Origin: Amoebophrya sp. A120
Taxonomy: Eukaryota > Protista > Dinoflagellata
Length of the DNA stretch: 64,000 bases
Reading direction: 5' to 3'
NCBI GenBank assembly: GCA_905178155.1
Contig: CAJINV010000001.1
Coordinates: 10,011,432-10,075,431 of the forward strand
Shown piece after piece: positions 47,244 to 59,700 of this stretch (the first letter of the stretch is position 1; each line of letters starts with the position of its first letter). A program made the translations under genes and the position numbers. The notes below the pieces were generated by a model that did not search any database, was not told the DNA's origin, and saw nothing but the letters and a program-made list of their open reading frames with translations.

Positions 47244-49893
47244 ATGTCCCCTATGTGTCGAAAGTTTAGAAAGGATTTTTGTCGTAAAAACGACCTCCCT
47301 ATCCTCGCTTTGGCGGTCGTAAGCGGTGTACTTCTTACACTAGCCGAGGTCAAAGTCTTTCAATGGATGGCGGAGTTGAGCTTGACAAGTAGCGGCACAC
47401 GTTCGCTCGAGGAAAACTTTTGGTATTCCGAAGACGACGACGCCCGTGCACGATGCGACCAGCACCGCACCACCCCCTTCGATATCGACTACACAGCGCC
47501 GCTAGCGAAGTTCTGCTACGTGATCGCGGTGCTGGTCTGCGTGGTGCTGGTAGGCACCGGGCGGAAAAAAGATGGGCGGGGAAAGAAGAAGGCGGAAGAT
47601 TCATATCAGCCTACCAATGGAACAAATGCATCCGTGCACGACGAAGAGAACAAAGGCAGTCGTCCGGGATCACCCGCCTCACGGGCTGCCACGTCACCAC
47701 GACAACGCGGTGCTGCGAGCAAGACCAACTCACCAGCAATAGCACCCGCTACGAGTCTCGTGATTATCGCGAACGACAGCACGGCAACTCAGGATAGCAC
47801 GCGCGCATCAAGTAGGGGCAGCGCAGTTGAAAGTGCGGCGACCTCTAGTTATACAGAAGGAGCACGACCATCGGAAAATGCAGGAATTAACCCGAAGTCG
47901 AAGAAGCCCCGATTGTACCACCTCGACTACGGACGGATTCTCGCCGTGGCGTGTGTCGTCACGGAGCACTGCGGGAGCAAGGAGTATTCGAGGAGGAACA
48001 CCGGGTTTGTTCTGCACTGGGTGCTCCCGTTCCTGTACGGTATCTCCGGCTACTGCTTCATGCTCTCGCGCGCCGGCCTGGTTGGCTATCTTGGGCGACT
48101 CAGTGTGTTGTTCTGTGCCGGTGTTGGGCTAAATTGGCTAGCGGACGTCTGGAACGGAAATTACAACGAAACGTGGAAGAACACCATCTTCCAAATGGCG
48201 TTTGTTCTGATGCTAATGGCCATGGCGGTGCTGCTGTATCCTTTGAAAAAGCAACTTACGTTTGCAACTACGGACGGTGAGAACGGTAATAGCGTAGATG
48301 ATCGTAAGAGAGAAAGTGGCGCCTTCGCAGACGGAGATCCGAGAACGCCGCCGCTAAAAGCTGCGGGGACACTAAGCAAAGCGAAAGTTGACATTGTGGC
48401 AGGTCGTGCAAAAGGGCCGAGCAACTGTGTCTACAACCCGCTTGACGGCATTGCAGCGATTCAAGTAAGTTGCGCGAGCCCTGGGTCTCCGCTTCCGCTT
48501 TTTCCGCTGTCTGCCACCAACAAGGCGAAGCCATTAGGCGCACGCTTCGCACTGACGCCGCCGGCGCTCGGGAGGAAGAGCGGAGCGCGCTTGCTTGCAG
48601 AGGAATCCTCGTCTTCCGAGCTTGCAGATGAAACCAAGGTCGTGGTGCAGCCAGCGAGTCCGGGTCCGCTGACGAAGCAAGAGAGCCTGCCAGCCAATTC
48701 CGCCTTTCTGTACCGGCCTCCACCTAGGAGGAAAGCCGCGAATACAGCCTACGCGCAGCTACACGATGAGAACGATGTTGACGACGCGACAGCCAGCACG
48801 TCTACCGTCACAACCACAACCAGCTCAACTGCAGCTGAGATACCAGCAGCAATCGAGCCGTCATCGTCCCAAAGTTCGTCATCCTCCTCGGTAACCAAGA
48901 GCACTAGTGCCTCGACGTCCTCTCCTATCAACCTTTTTCGAGAGCCGCCACCTGTTCCGAGAGACAAGGTTGCTGGGCATCGGCCTTCAGCTCCCAGCAA
49001 GCTATGGACCACATTCCAGGATGAATCTGCAATACAGAAAGCAGCTCTGCTGTTCTACTCCGCCTGTGCGTTTGCGTTCCTGCTTGCGTACCTCGCTGAT
49101 GACTCTGCCGACCCCAACACCACGCACTACCATTTGGTCGATGATATGGTATCTTCCTCGAAGTTCATGGGGACGGAATTCTTCCTGCTCTGCGCATTGT
49201 GTAGTTTCGCTTGCTACTGCGAGACAACGCACTACGCGGCAAGTGGAACGGCGATAATCGCGTATTTCTATTTGGTTGATTCAGTGTATCTCTAATCTTT
49301 TTTCTAGTTATAAGTGTCTGTACATATGAGTTCATTCATTGCTTCAGTTGTCGCTGCCACAGCAACGTTTTGTTTTCCTTTTACAAAGAAGAACTCCGTC
49401 ATCTCTGACTCTGTTCAGGTCGGTCTGGCTTCCCCGGGTCTTTCTCCCCTACACAAATGTCGGATTTGCGCACCTGCTGCAGATATTCGTGATCGGAATG
49501 TGGACGGCAAAAGTACCGCTGCCGAACCTGCAGTACTTGCGGGACACGGTTTTTCGAGCTTATTGGCCGCTGGTCCTCGTATTTCTGGTCTGGCTCGCGA
49601 TGCCTACTTCCTACGGCCGCTGCGACTTGTTTCCGAGGACATATCTACTCGATCGGGCCAGGTTCTACCTTTCCGAGCTGATCATTCTGCTTTGGTTCCT
49701 CAGTGGGGGCATGGTCTGCTCTGACCCATTGAATCTAGTCCCACTCCTCAATTATTGGTCGCTGATCGCGTACACAACCCATGAGGCACTGCAACGTGTC
49801 ACGGTCGCGCCGTTCGCCTCGCTGTTTCTGCACTTTCTGATGCCGGGGATGTTCCTGATGCGAAGACTCTTCCTGCTGTGGAGGACGAAATAG
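47244..49893 (+). CDS. Multi-pass membrane acyltransferase-3 (OafA-like) family protein with low-complexity insertions; 2 exons
   Basis: RLYHLDYGRILAVACVVTEH fits the RxxxLDxxRxxAxxxVVxxH signature; VLPFLYGISGY; many TM segments; intron 49262-49418 keeps frame. Confidence 0.75.
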
Positions 49894-50782
49894 TAGTTGT
49901 GCTTTATGAAAAGAATTTTTCGAAAATCAATGAAAATCTTAAAACAACGTTGGCTCGATTGCTTGCCAGCGTCGGGGGACGAGCGATTATCTTCTTTTCT
50001 ACGTAACGCAAAATTACGTAAATGAAAACGGCACTGATTTCCAACTTCTCTGCCCGCTCTGGACGCAAACAGAGCACAAATATGATGATAATCCTTCAAC
50101 AAGCTCAAGCAGTGTGATCGTGTCTTTGATCGCAACAACAAAGCAGCAGTGACTGTTGTTGGCGTGACAGAGGCCGCCTGTGTTACCTTTCGTTTCATTT
50201 TCGTTTTTTTCGTATAGCCAAAGCCTGCCGATACCTGACCAACCCCAAGCGATGAAGTCGTTCCGTGCAGTCCAAGATTAAGGACGCTTGTGTGGAAAGA
50301 GAGTTCTGAGTGCTTTCGTCCTGCAAAGTCTTCTTCGCAAAAACGAACATCGTGTTATATATCGTCAAGCCAGGAGAGTGAACAGGAGAGAGGAGGAGAA
50401 CCAAAGCTGCAAGCTTGCATTGGCATCACTTTTTTCTTCAGGGACTTTCTGGCTTTCGTCGTGTGAAACATGTTGATTTCGTCACCAAATGGACATCGAG
50501 ATCGACATTAGCTGCATGCATTTTCAAGAATCGTTGAAAAGTAAGCGAAGGACGCCGTGACCAGGAGAAGTTCAGCGATGCTTGCTAGGCCAGGCATTAT
50601 AGCGCCTTTTGCTTCGCAAGCGTTCCGCATTTCTTGTGCTGGCGTTGCACAGCCAGGATCCTGCTGTAGCACAATAGCTACCCGAACGGCAGGCGGCGAT
50701 GCGACCGCTCGGCCTGTCGTTTGTTCCGATGCCCGCGATGGGTGAACGAGGACGAGAAAGCTGAAGCAGAGCCTCGAAAATC

Positions 50783-53700
50783 ATGAGCACGACAAGGGGC
50801 AGGCCACCCGGAGCGGGGGCGTCTCAACGACTTCCGTACAAGCAACCACTGAATGCGAATGGGCTCATCTCCGCGTATCACGTGGAAGAAGACGATGAGC
50901 AGCCGACCATCGACGAAGCGGTTTCCGGCTTCGCAGGTCGGGCTTCCTTCGGTGCTGCCCTGATAAATCTAGAGGACAAGCAAGCTCCTGCTGCACCGAA
51001 AAAAAGGGCGACAAACGCGAAGCCGCGAAAGTCTTCGGCGGGTGGAGGTAGAAGGAAAAGCCGTGTTGATGTCGCAGAGTTGGAGGCAGCACCGGCGACG
51101 GAAGAGGAAGTTGTGGATGCCGCTGTGACTGTGGCGGAGAGGTTTAAACGGATTTCGCAGGAAAAAGCTATTCTCGATGACGAAATCGCACCAAGTGCGT
51201 CTCTGGGTCACTTCGATGCGAAGCTGTTCGGAAAGCTGGAAGATATCATGGCTGTTGGGACGCAGGGGAGCCGCGTTTCCGTGGCCGCGAAGAAAGCACG
51301 TCTGAGGGAGTCGTCGGAAAACAAATCAGTGGACGTCGCTCTGCCTGGAGCGGGCGGCTCGTCAGTGGAAGAGGAAAAACGGAAAAGTAGCAAGGCACAG
51401 CGCAACATCGTACCACGAAAGGAGGAAGAGCTCAAGAAAGACGTCGGGAACCTCTTGCGCAGGACCGCGCGGAAAAGCGCCGCCCAGGCTCAGACACGCA
51501 AAAGTGGGGCGAGTAGTTCCGGAAGCAGCCCAGAAAAGGTCCCGCGCGCATTAGACGAGCACCAGAAGCGGCCGACAGGGAATAAACAGGGAAGTGGTAC
51601 AGCTCCACGCTCTGCTCTTGCAGGGAAGAAAGACGTCGCCGGATCATCTACTAGTCCACCACCAATAAAGCCAGCGCGTAGCTCCGTGGGTGAGTCTTTG
51701 GACATGCGCGCGACTACGAAAATGGCCAGAAGAATCCGGGAAGTGGAAGAGCAGCTACCCCAGTTGCTGCTTGACTGGCGCGACACCTGGCGCGCGCGCG
51801 AGGCGGCGCAGGCTTCGGGCAGAGAGGCGACTGTGGAAGAGAAGACTTTCGAACTCAGTATTCTCCAACGCATGCTCTCCGACATACAACACACCCTTGC
51901 CGAGGCGAAGAACGCGACTGTGACGCTGTTTAACGCGGAACCTCTACTCCAGCGCATTCGGAAGCTGGACGGAAAGCTCGTGGAATATCGGAGGGATGAA
52001 CTCAGCTACCTGGCAGCGCGAGCCGCAGACGAGGAGGAAAAGGAAGAGATGGAGCGAAGAAAAAGCAACGAAGCTCAACAAGCTCCAGTTGATGAAGGGG
52101 TTGGTGCACAAGAGGAAGCAAAGCCACCGGAAACTACAGGCCCCAAAATCCCCCCTGAGAGTGAAACGGAGGCACGTCCGTCGCGCGTCAACCTCCGCAA
52201 TCTTATGGGCAGAACCAGCGGCAGAGGGCATCGGTTGAGCGGGAGACGGAAAAGCCGTTCCCCTACTGACGACACGAAAACTGGTGCACCAGCAGGGGGA
52301 CAAGAGGAGAATGCGAACCAGAAAGCCACGAGCAAGCGGGAATCGAGCCGAATTTCGGTGGAAATGCGGAAATTGCCGTCGAGCACCTACAGTACCAGAC
52401 TTCGTTCGACCTATGTGGGCAGTGACAGGAATAAAACGGCGGAGAATGCGCTCGGTTTGAGAGCTACAAAGCAAGCGGAAGCAGTAGCAGGACCACAGCC
52501 AGCCTCGGGGGAAGCCAGAAGTTCCTCGGTTATGAGCGTGCCGATGCGTCAAGCTTCAGTGTTGGAGCGCAATTTTCATTCAACTTATGCTACGTCGGCG
52601 TCTGTGCGTTTTCCGTCGAGTTACGAGCCCGGATTGCGTGAGACAGCAGCTTCCACCGCTGGAAGTACATCGATGTCGATCGAGCAGCGATATCCAAGCG
52701 ATTACACGGATCCAGGTTATCGCCCGACGTCCACCATGTCTTCGACGATGCCGAGCATGCGCGAAGTGCCAAAAAGTTCCGTTTCTGAATTCCGAGCCAT
52801 GCCGACAGTTCACGAGGAGGACGCCACGGTCTTTCTTCCACCCGATCTATCTCCCCGTGACGCCTTGGGGAATGCGCGAGAGGTGCTGACGCAACTGACG
52901 AACGAACAAAACATGGCGAACGTCTTGACGAGCAGAGGATCTTCTGCCACGACTGGAACGAGTGCGCCGCGGCCCTCGGAAGCGTCGCTCCAGGAGGCTT
53001 TCGTCGGTCTCTACAAAGAATTGCGGGATGACGAGACGCGGCGGATATTCCAGGAACTGAAGAAAGCGATGCAAGACCGCGAGGACACGCTGTTGCATAT
53101 GAGTTCCGCTGAGGAGGCGCGCTTTGCCAGTTTCGTCACCGCTTCACTGGATACGCTGTGGGAGTCTAGCTCCCAAGCGGTTACCGTGCGCTCGTCGCTA
53201 GAGGTGATTCGAACGTTTGCCCTGCGCCAGCCCCTCCCGGCGGTGCCACTGCGTACAGAAGCGGCGCCGCTGGGTTTCCGGGACGATTTTGATGCGAAGA
53301 ATCCTGACCCCGCGACGCAAGGCGCCCCTCCCTCCCTGCAAGTGCTACTCGATCGCTTTCATGCGGCCACGAGAAATCTGGGAAAGGTTGGATCAACCCG
53401 TGACGACGAGGACAAACGAGGATTCGCGCCATCAGCTCGTAACCGGCTCGGCGTCGTTGCCGCCACACGACAAAGCTTTTCGCGGCTGCACCGGATGTGG
53501 GCGTCCGCTGTGCAACGGAGCTTCGGGTTTTTCGTTCGAGCGTTTAATTGCCGTCTTGAGGGTGATGACGGCGGGTTCTTGATTTGCACTGTGCCACCAA
53601 GTACCAAGACCGCAGCGAGTGACGAGAAGCATCCACCCTCGTCCCAACTACTTGCCGACAAAAGAGACCGAGAGCAGCGCGTCGCGGAGATGCGGCTTCT

Positions 53701-56700
53701 CCGGGCCGTGAATGAGGTGAAGGGCACTTTGGTGCCCAATTTTCCGCTCACTGAAAATGTGCTGGATGCGCTCGGGAGTCCTCACGATCCTGCAGCCCAA
53801 GAAAGTCACTTGCCGTCTTTGCGCATACGAGCAGCTACAGCGAGCCTGAATCGAATGCTTTTGCTTGGACTTGATTCGGAAAAGCAGCTGAATGTCCTGG
53901 ATGCGATCCAGGCGATGCAGAAGGTCGCCGAGGACAGCCTGCCACTGTTAGAAAACAAAGCCGAAGCTGTCGACGCCGCACAACTCCTTCGCAACTACCT
54001 CGCATTCGCGGAAATGTGTCCTTTGGAAAATCCGTTATTGCAGTTGCAGTACTTAACCGAGACCCGCTTTCGGACGCTGCTAGAATCTCAATTGCTGCTC
54101 GGAACGACCGAGGTGGAAGCGTGTAAGAAGTTTACGAAGGTCCCGGTTTTTGAAAAAGGCGAGAACTTTCAGTTCGTCGTGGAAGTGCTGAAGCAAAACT
54201 CGACGGGCATACAGCCCACCGCCTTAGGGAAGCCACGGAAACGCGATACACGACGTGGGGGCGAAGACAGCAGTACCGGCATCGGGGTCTTTTCGATTTT
54301 GGAGCATGAGGACCAGGCAAGTGACAGCGGGGGTGCAAAGCGCTCAAGCTTGAGCAAATTCTTGCCCGATGACATGGACGACCTGAAAAAGCGGCGCTTA
54401 GAAGAGGACTCCGAGACCGAATCGGAGGCGGACGAGCTAAAAGCGGACCGGGACATTGATGGCCACGTTTTGGCCAAACGCATTGACGACGACTTTGCGG
54501 ATTTGTTGGATCTCAACGGTCAGCGATTGGAAGGCCAAAAGTTCGCGGCGCACATCATGGACCGCACCGGGCAGGCGCGCGCGGAGTTGCTACATCGTCT
54601 CAGTCCTCATCTTCACAAGAAGAGGGAAGGTTCATCTGGTCACCAAAATGTGGGACGCTCCTACGAGAACAACTCATCTAAGCCGGAGTTGCTCGCAACC
54701 TACGACGACGTCGACGACATTCTGGCCGTTCTTCTGCGCTGCAAGGAGGAGAGCCAGCTCTTTGTGCGGTTGAAGAAAATCGTGCATGCAAAGTTGGACA
54801 AGGTTGTGGAAGCCTTGGCAAAGAAGTCAAGTCAGGGGGTGAAGCTGGACCTACTATTGGTCGAGGTGATCCACGGCCTGAATTTTGCCGCGGAGTACTT
54901 GCACGCAGTCGGGTCGGCGCTGAGCGAGGACTTGGCGAAAGTGATTGCCGTTTTGCCACTGGATCTGCGCGAGTACGTCGAAGGTGCCCAGAGGTCCGCA
55001 GATCTGTTCTCTTTTCTCGACGAATACGAGCTGCAGGCCCCCGAAAACGCGAATTCCCTTTGCTTGGTTCTGACGAGAAAGCTTCGGGCCGAGAGCGGGC
55101 CACTTTCGCCAAGCGCGAGCGGGGGTGCTACTTCCAGCGTAACCGGTTCGAAGACGAGCTTTATCAAGGACTCTACAGACGGTAGTCCCGTGGATGAAGT
55201 CGCATCACGCGGAGGCGATGGACAAGTAGTAGGCCCGTCAGGAGCTCCTGCCCTCGCGACCGCGGCTGACAACCTCCTGTTCTACCCGGACCGAAGTCTG
55301 CTGTTTCGGGAGGACGAGCGGATCGAACGACAACTGGAGGAAATGGCAAAGAGGACGCTTCTGACTCATGCACAGGTGCAGGACCTGGCCCGGATTGCGC
55401 GGGAAACGAAACCCTTTCGCGCGTTTCCCGCGGGAAAATCCAGACCGTTGTGGGAAGACCCAGCAGTGCTGGCCACTGTGGCGGGGGAAAACTTGCAGAA
55501 GAAGATGCGCATGACGTTCAATTCCACCAATTTGTTCGACGTCGTCGACGCGGCCGACGAAGCGAGGTCGCTTTTACCCCTGAGCGGCGTGGAGCGAGAG
55601 AACCAGGAGCTGCAGGAAACGCAGGCCGCACTGGAAGCGGAGCTGGCGGACTTGGAAACGGAACACCAAGATTTCCTTTCCTCCGTGATGTCAACGCGAT
55701 CCAGGCGCTCGAGACGAGAGTTGAAAGCAATGTCACCGATGCTCAGCTCGCCTGGACAGGCCAGTGAACAACAAGCTGATGCAGACGGAACAACCCAACC
55801 AGCTTCCGACCAGAAGAAGCGCCGGCGCTCTTCCCTGATCGCGTACATCGACGGCGTCGGCCCAAAAATCAGCCGCGACGCAGACGCTGACCTCTTTTCC
55901 GACGAAGACACGACGCTGCGGGACCGGGTTGCCGCAAAATTGCGGAAACCCGGTAGGGAATCGTATTACGCGGCGCTGGTCCGCGAGGCGGACGAAGACG
56001 GCAAGCACCCGGCCAAGAGCGATAAGAAGTTCGTTGCGTTTCTGCAGCGTGCCAGGCCGTACTTGGAAGAGCGGCTAGAGGAACTAGCGGAAGAGGGAGC
56101 CGAAATTCAGGATGAGATGCAGGACCGAGCGGCAAGACTGCTGCGCGGGCTGGGCAAAGTGAAAGCGGAGCGCGGACGCAGGTCGCTCGAGGACGACAGC
56201 GAAGACGCGCAAGCGCAGCTGGATCTGGGTTTGCTTTTCCCGGACATGTACATCAACGAAGTGGACAAAAACGGCAGAATCTCTCCAAAACTCGTGCGAC
56301 CACCACGGACGCCGACCGAGAAGTTTCGGAGTCTGTACCAGCGTCTCGCGCTGGTGGAGAACGTTCGATCGGGACGTTACTACTACCGCGTCGCGCATCT
56401 AGGAGCGAAGCGCTCACTGAGTGATGATGCGCACTACACGCGGAAGAAACTCTTCTCGGAATTGTGGCAGGAGGCGGTGCAGCGAATGGGCAGGGTGCGC
56501 ATGAAACGCTTCATGACCGCGGGGGGAAGTGTGTACGGCCCGGATGCGCAGATGGAACACTTGTACCAGGATGCGGTCGCATGGGACGTATTGGGATCCC
56601 GAGAGGTTTTGTCGAAGATCAAACACGACTACGTTATTAAGGAGGACGCGAAGCTGTTGCGGCTGAGAAGTGGCAGATTCGGAAAAAATCAGCCCTTCTT

Positions 56701-59700
56701 GGTAAAGGATGTTGCGGAAAGTACTGCTACTTCGCCAGGCGAAGAAGGTGCTGAAATTTCGAATATGAGCGATGACATCGAGTTGGGCGGCATTTACCCC
56801 GATCCTTTCCTCGCGGGCGACATCGTGCTGCTGAAGCGCGATCTTTTGCACGAAACCGACTACGAGCGCTCTAGTGCGACGGAGTCAAAGCGTGACACGA
56901 GGACCACGACGTTGGCTGGCACGAGGTCCGGCGACCCCTACGAGCGGCTGATCGACCAGATTTTGTCCTCCTATCCGCGGCATCGCCCGCGCCTGCGCGT
57001 TCGAGACGGGATCGTTTCGAAAAGAAAACTGATTCGGGTGGATTGCGTGGATTCCATGACGGGCGGCGTTCTCGGAGAGTACCGCCTGGACGTCAGCAGC
57101 ATTGTGCACGCGCAGCCGGAGAAAGAGCTCGGAATGAAAGGGAGAATCGTGTATGATGTGAAAATGGAAAGTCCCTCTAGCGTGGCTGGACCCGATGTTG
57201 TCTCAGGCAGCAAGGTCGGTCGCGTAAGCGCAGCGGAGCGCAGGCAGTCCAAAGCCTCCGCTTCGTCTCCTAGCAGCGGCGGCGACATCCAGTATCTGGT
57301 TCCGGCAGAAGCAGAACGCGACATGGAGGAACTCACGACAGCTGGGTCGTCCAATCTAAAGTCCGTGGCGTCGTCAAGAAAGTCGGCAGTGGCGAAGCGA
57401 AAGAGTTTGAAGAGTACCGAAAGTCGTGCTACTACCACGAACATGAGAACAACGCGGAGGAGCAGGACGCAGACACAACAACTCGCTTTTGCGCCGCAGC
57501 AACGGGCATCTGCGACGTTACCTCCAGGAAGAGAGCGAGATGGTGCTCGGAGAGCCGCCTCCGCTGCAGACGCGGCTACTGATTCGCTGCAGGCACGGCG
57601 GCTGCGGAAAAGCAACAAGGCGAAAACAACGCCGCTGTTCTTCCCCGAGCCTGTGGACGACATGGATCTGCCTCTTCGAAAGTCCTCCATGGGGAGCACG
57701 TCGATCGACGACTCCGCGGAAGACTTTCTGCAGTACGACGTGAAGCCGCTGCCAGGTCGGGAAGTGCAAGTGCCCCGCGTTTTGCTGCGCGACGTGGTTG
57801 TCGACTCCCATGACCCGCGGTTCGACGACTTCCGGATGCTGCGGCAGTTGGTGCAGGCGGGCTACCAGCTCGGTGTGCGGGGAACTACTTCGCACACGAA
57901 ACGAATGAAAACGGGCGCGCTCGGGGAGGACGAGGCGGCGTTTGCGGAGGCGTTCGAGATGTTGAAGCGCGGATCGTCTGCGTGGGAGGACATGGACTAC
58001 CTCTTCACGGAGAACCTCGCCCGGCACTCGCTACCCGGCGAGCACGAGAAGGACCGGAAAAGTGACCACCTGCTCGGCGGAGGAGGAAATGGGGTGGACG
58101 AGGATTTGTTCGTGAGTGTGTGGCCGGTGAAGCGACTGCTCGGGAACGAAGGCACGTTCTTTTCCACGAGCGACTTTGTTGCAGCGAGCACGCAAGACGT
58201 TGCGCGCGTCTTAGGAAAGCCGGGGGTGCGGGACTTTGTTGTGCACCGCGACTTTGTGGTCCCGGAGGTCTACGGGCCCGCCTTCCACGCGACGGCGCAA
58301 CGCGACTTGCTGCGGGTCGTGCCACGAGATGTCGTCGTCGCCACCAGTTTTGACAAGAACATGCGAGTGTTACGCGATTTGCACAAACACCCGCGGAGTT
58401 GTATTCTACTGGTGCACGTGGCTGGGAAGGATGAAATGCTGGACCTGGAAGACGACCAGGCCGACGGTCTGCCGTCCAAGAGGAAAAAAACAGAGCAAAT
58501 CGACATGACGCGCCTTTCGGTGTCGCACTTCCAAGAGTACGAGAATCTCGGCCGGGCGATGGCCACGAAGGCACAGGAGAACGAGGTGATCGAGGCGGAA
58601 CGCAGCCAAAGCAGCAGCGGAAGCGAAGCGGAGATGAAAAGGGAAAGTGAAAGCTTGACTTACCGGTTGATTCCACAAGCGGTTGTTGCACTGTTTGCGG
58701 AAGACGAGGGGGGGAAAATGAGCATGCAGGGCAAACCTGTCATGGTGCCATGCAACTACCTGCAACCGCAGTCGAAGTACAACAGGTTCGATGAGCTGAG
58801 TCGGACGCGGGTGCTCGCGGAAGGTGCCGTGCAGGAGCGCTACGATGAGGAGCTGCACGAAGAGTACCTGCCAGACCTGGTTCTCCTCAAGGCAAGCGCG
58901 TTCATGGATAACGAGCAGCAGCTGATAGAGGCGCTGACGCCGCAACTGCAGACGCTGCTCGCCTTGGCGGCGGAGGGGTACGTGTTTCGCGTTTTGAGTT
59001 ACGATCCGCCTGCTGAAGCTGAGGCAGAGGACGCGGAGGATGAGACAGAAGACCTCGGGCTACTTGCCACTGTCGGGGTGTACACGGAGGACGTCCTTGG
59101 AAGCGCGGACGCTGCGGGATTGAGCTACGTGGTTCCACAAGAAGCGCTGGCGCACTTGAGTCCGGTTTTTGCGGTCGATCGTCCGTGTGTCGCTGGGGAT
59201 CGCGTGCAGCTACGGCAGTACGAGATTGGACAAAGTTTGGGAGCGGGCAGTGAAGCGGCTGCCAGTCGTGCGTCCAGCGAGCGCGCCACTTCGGAAACGA
59301 CCGTCTGGGACGATTTCGCAGCGGCGGAAATCGTGGAGACAAAAATGTACAGGGGCGAAATCTGCTACTGCAAAGATGTGTACAGCGCAGATTGGATCGG
59401 GGGCGGCACCCGAGCTGTCCTCTCGTTCTCCGGAGACGCTGGTGGCAGAACAAGTCGAAACAGCAGTAATGACGAGGTCGAGCTTCCGCGATCCTGGCTG
59501 GAGCCCCTTGAAAAAGTGGACGAGCGGCGTTTGTTGGACAAAAGTACCGCGGTCCAACTCCGCGACGTCCTGCACGGCAGGCGGTACCGGCACCGCATCA
59601 AGTATCTCAGGAAGCAACTCGAACTTGGTGCGGCGCTCTACGCTGTTCCCGTCGGCATCGACGCCGACGTCGATCTGGTCCCGACAGGGACCACGACAAA

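Noticed and set aside
1508-49893. Stop-codon reassignment, as reported for one Amoebophrya lineage
   Set aside because: TAA (5334), TAG (10394) and TGA (12909) all end genes normally, and the long ORFs need no read-through.
11278-49893. Glycan-modification cluster (SWEET, GT77-like, acyltransferase-3)
   Set aside because: The genes are 9-20 kb apart with unrelated genes between them, and co-orientation is shared by the whole window.
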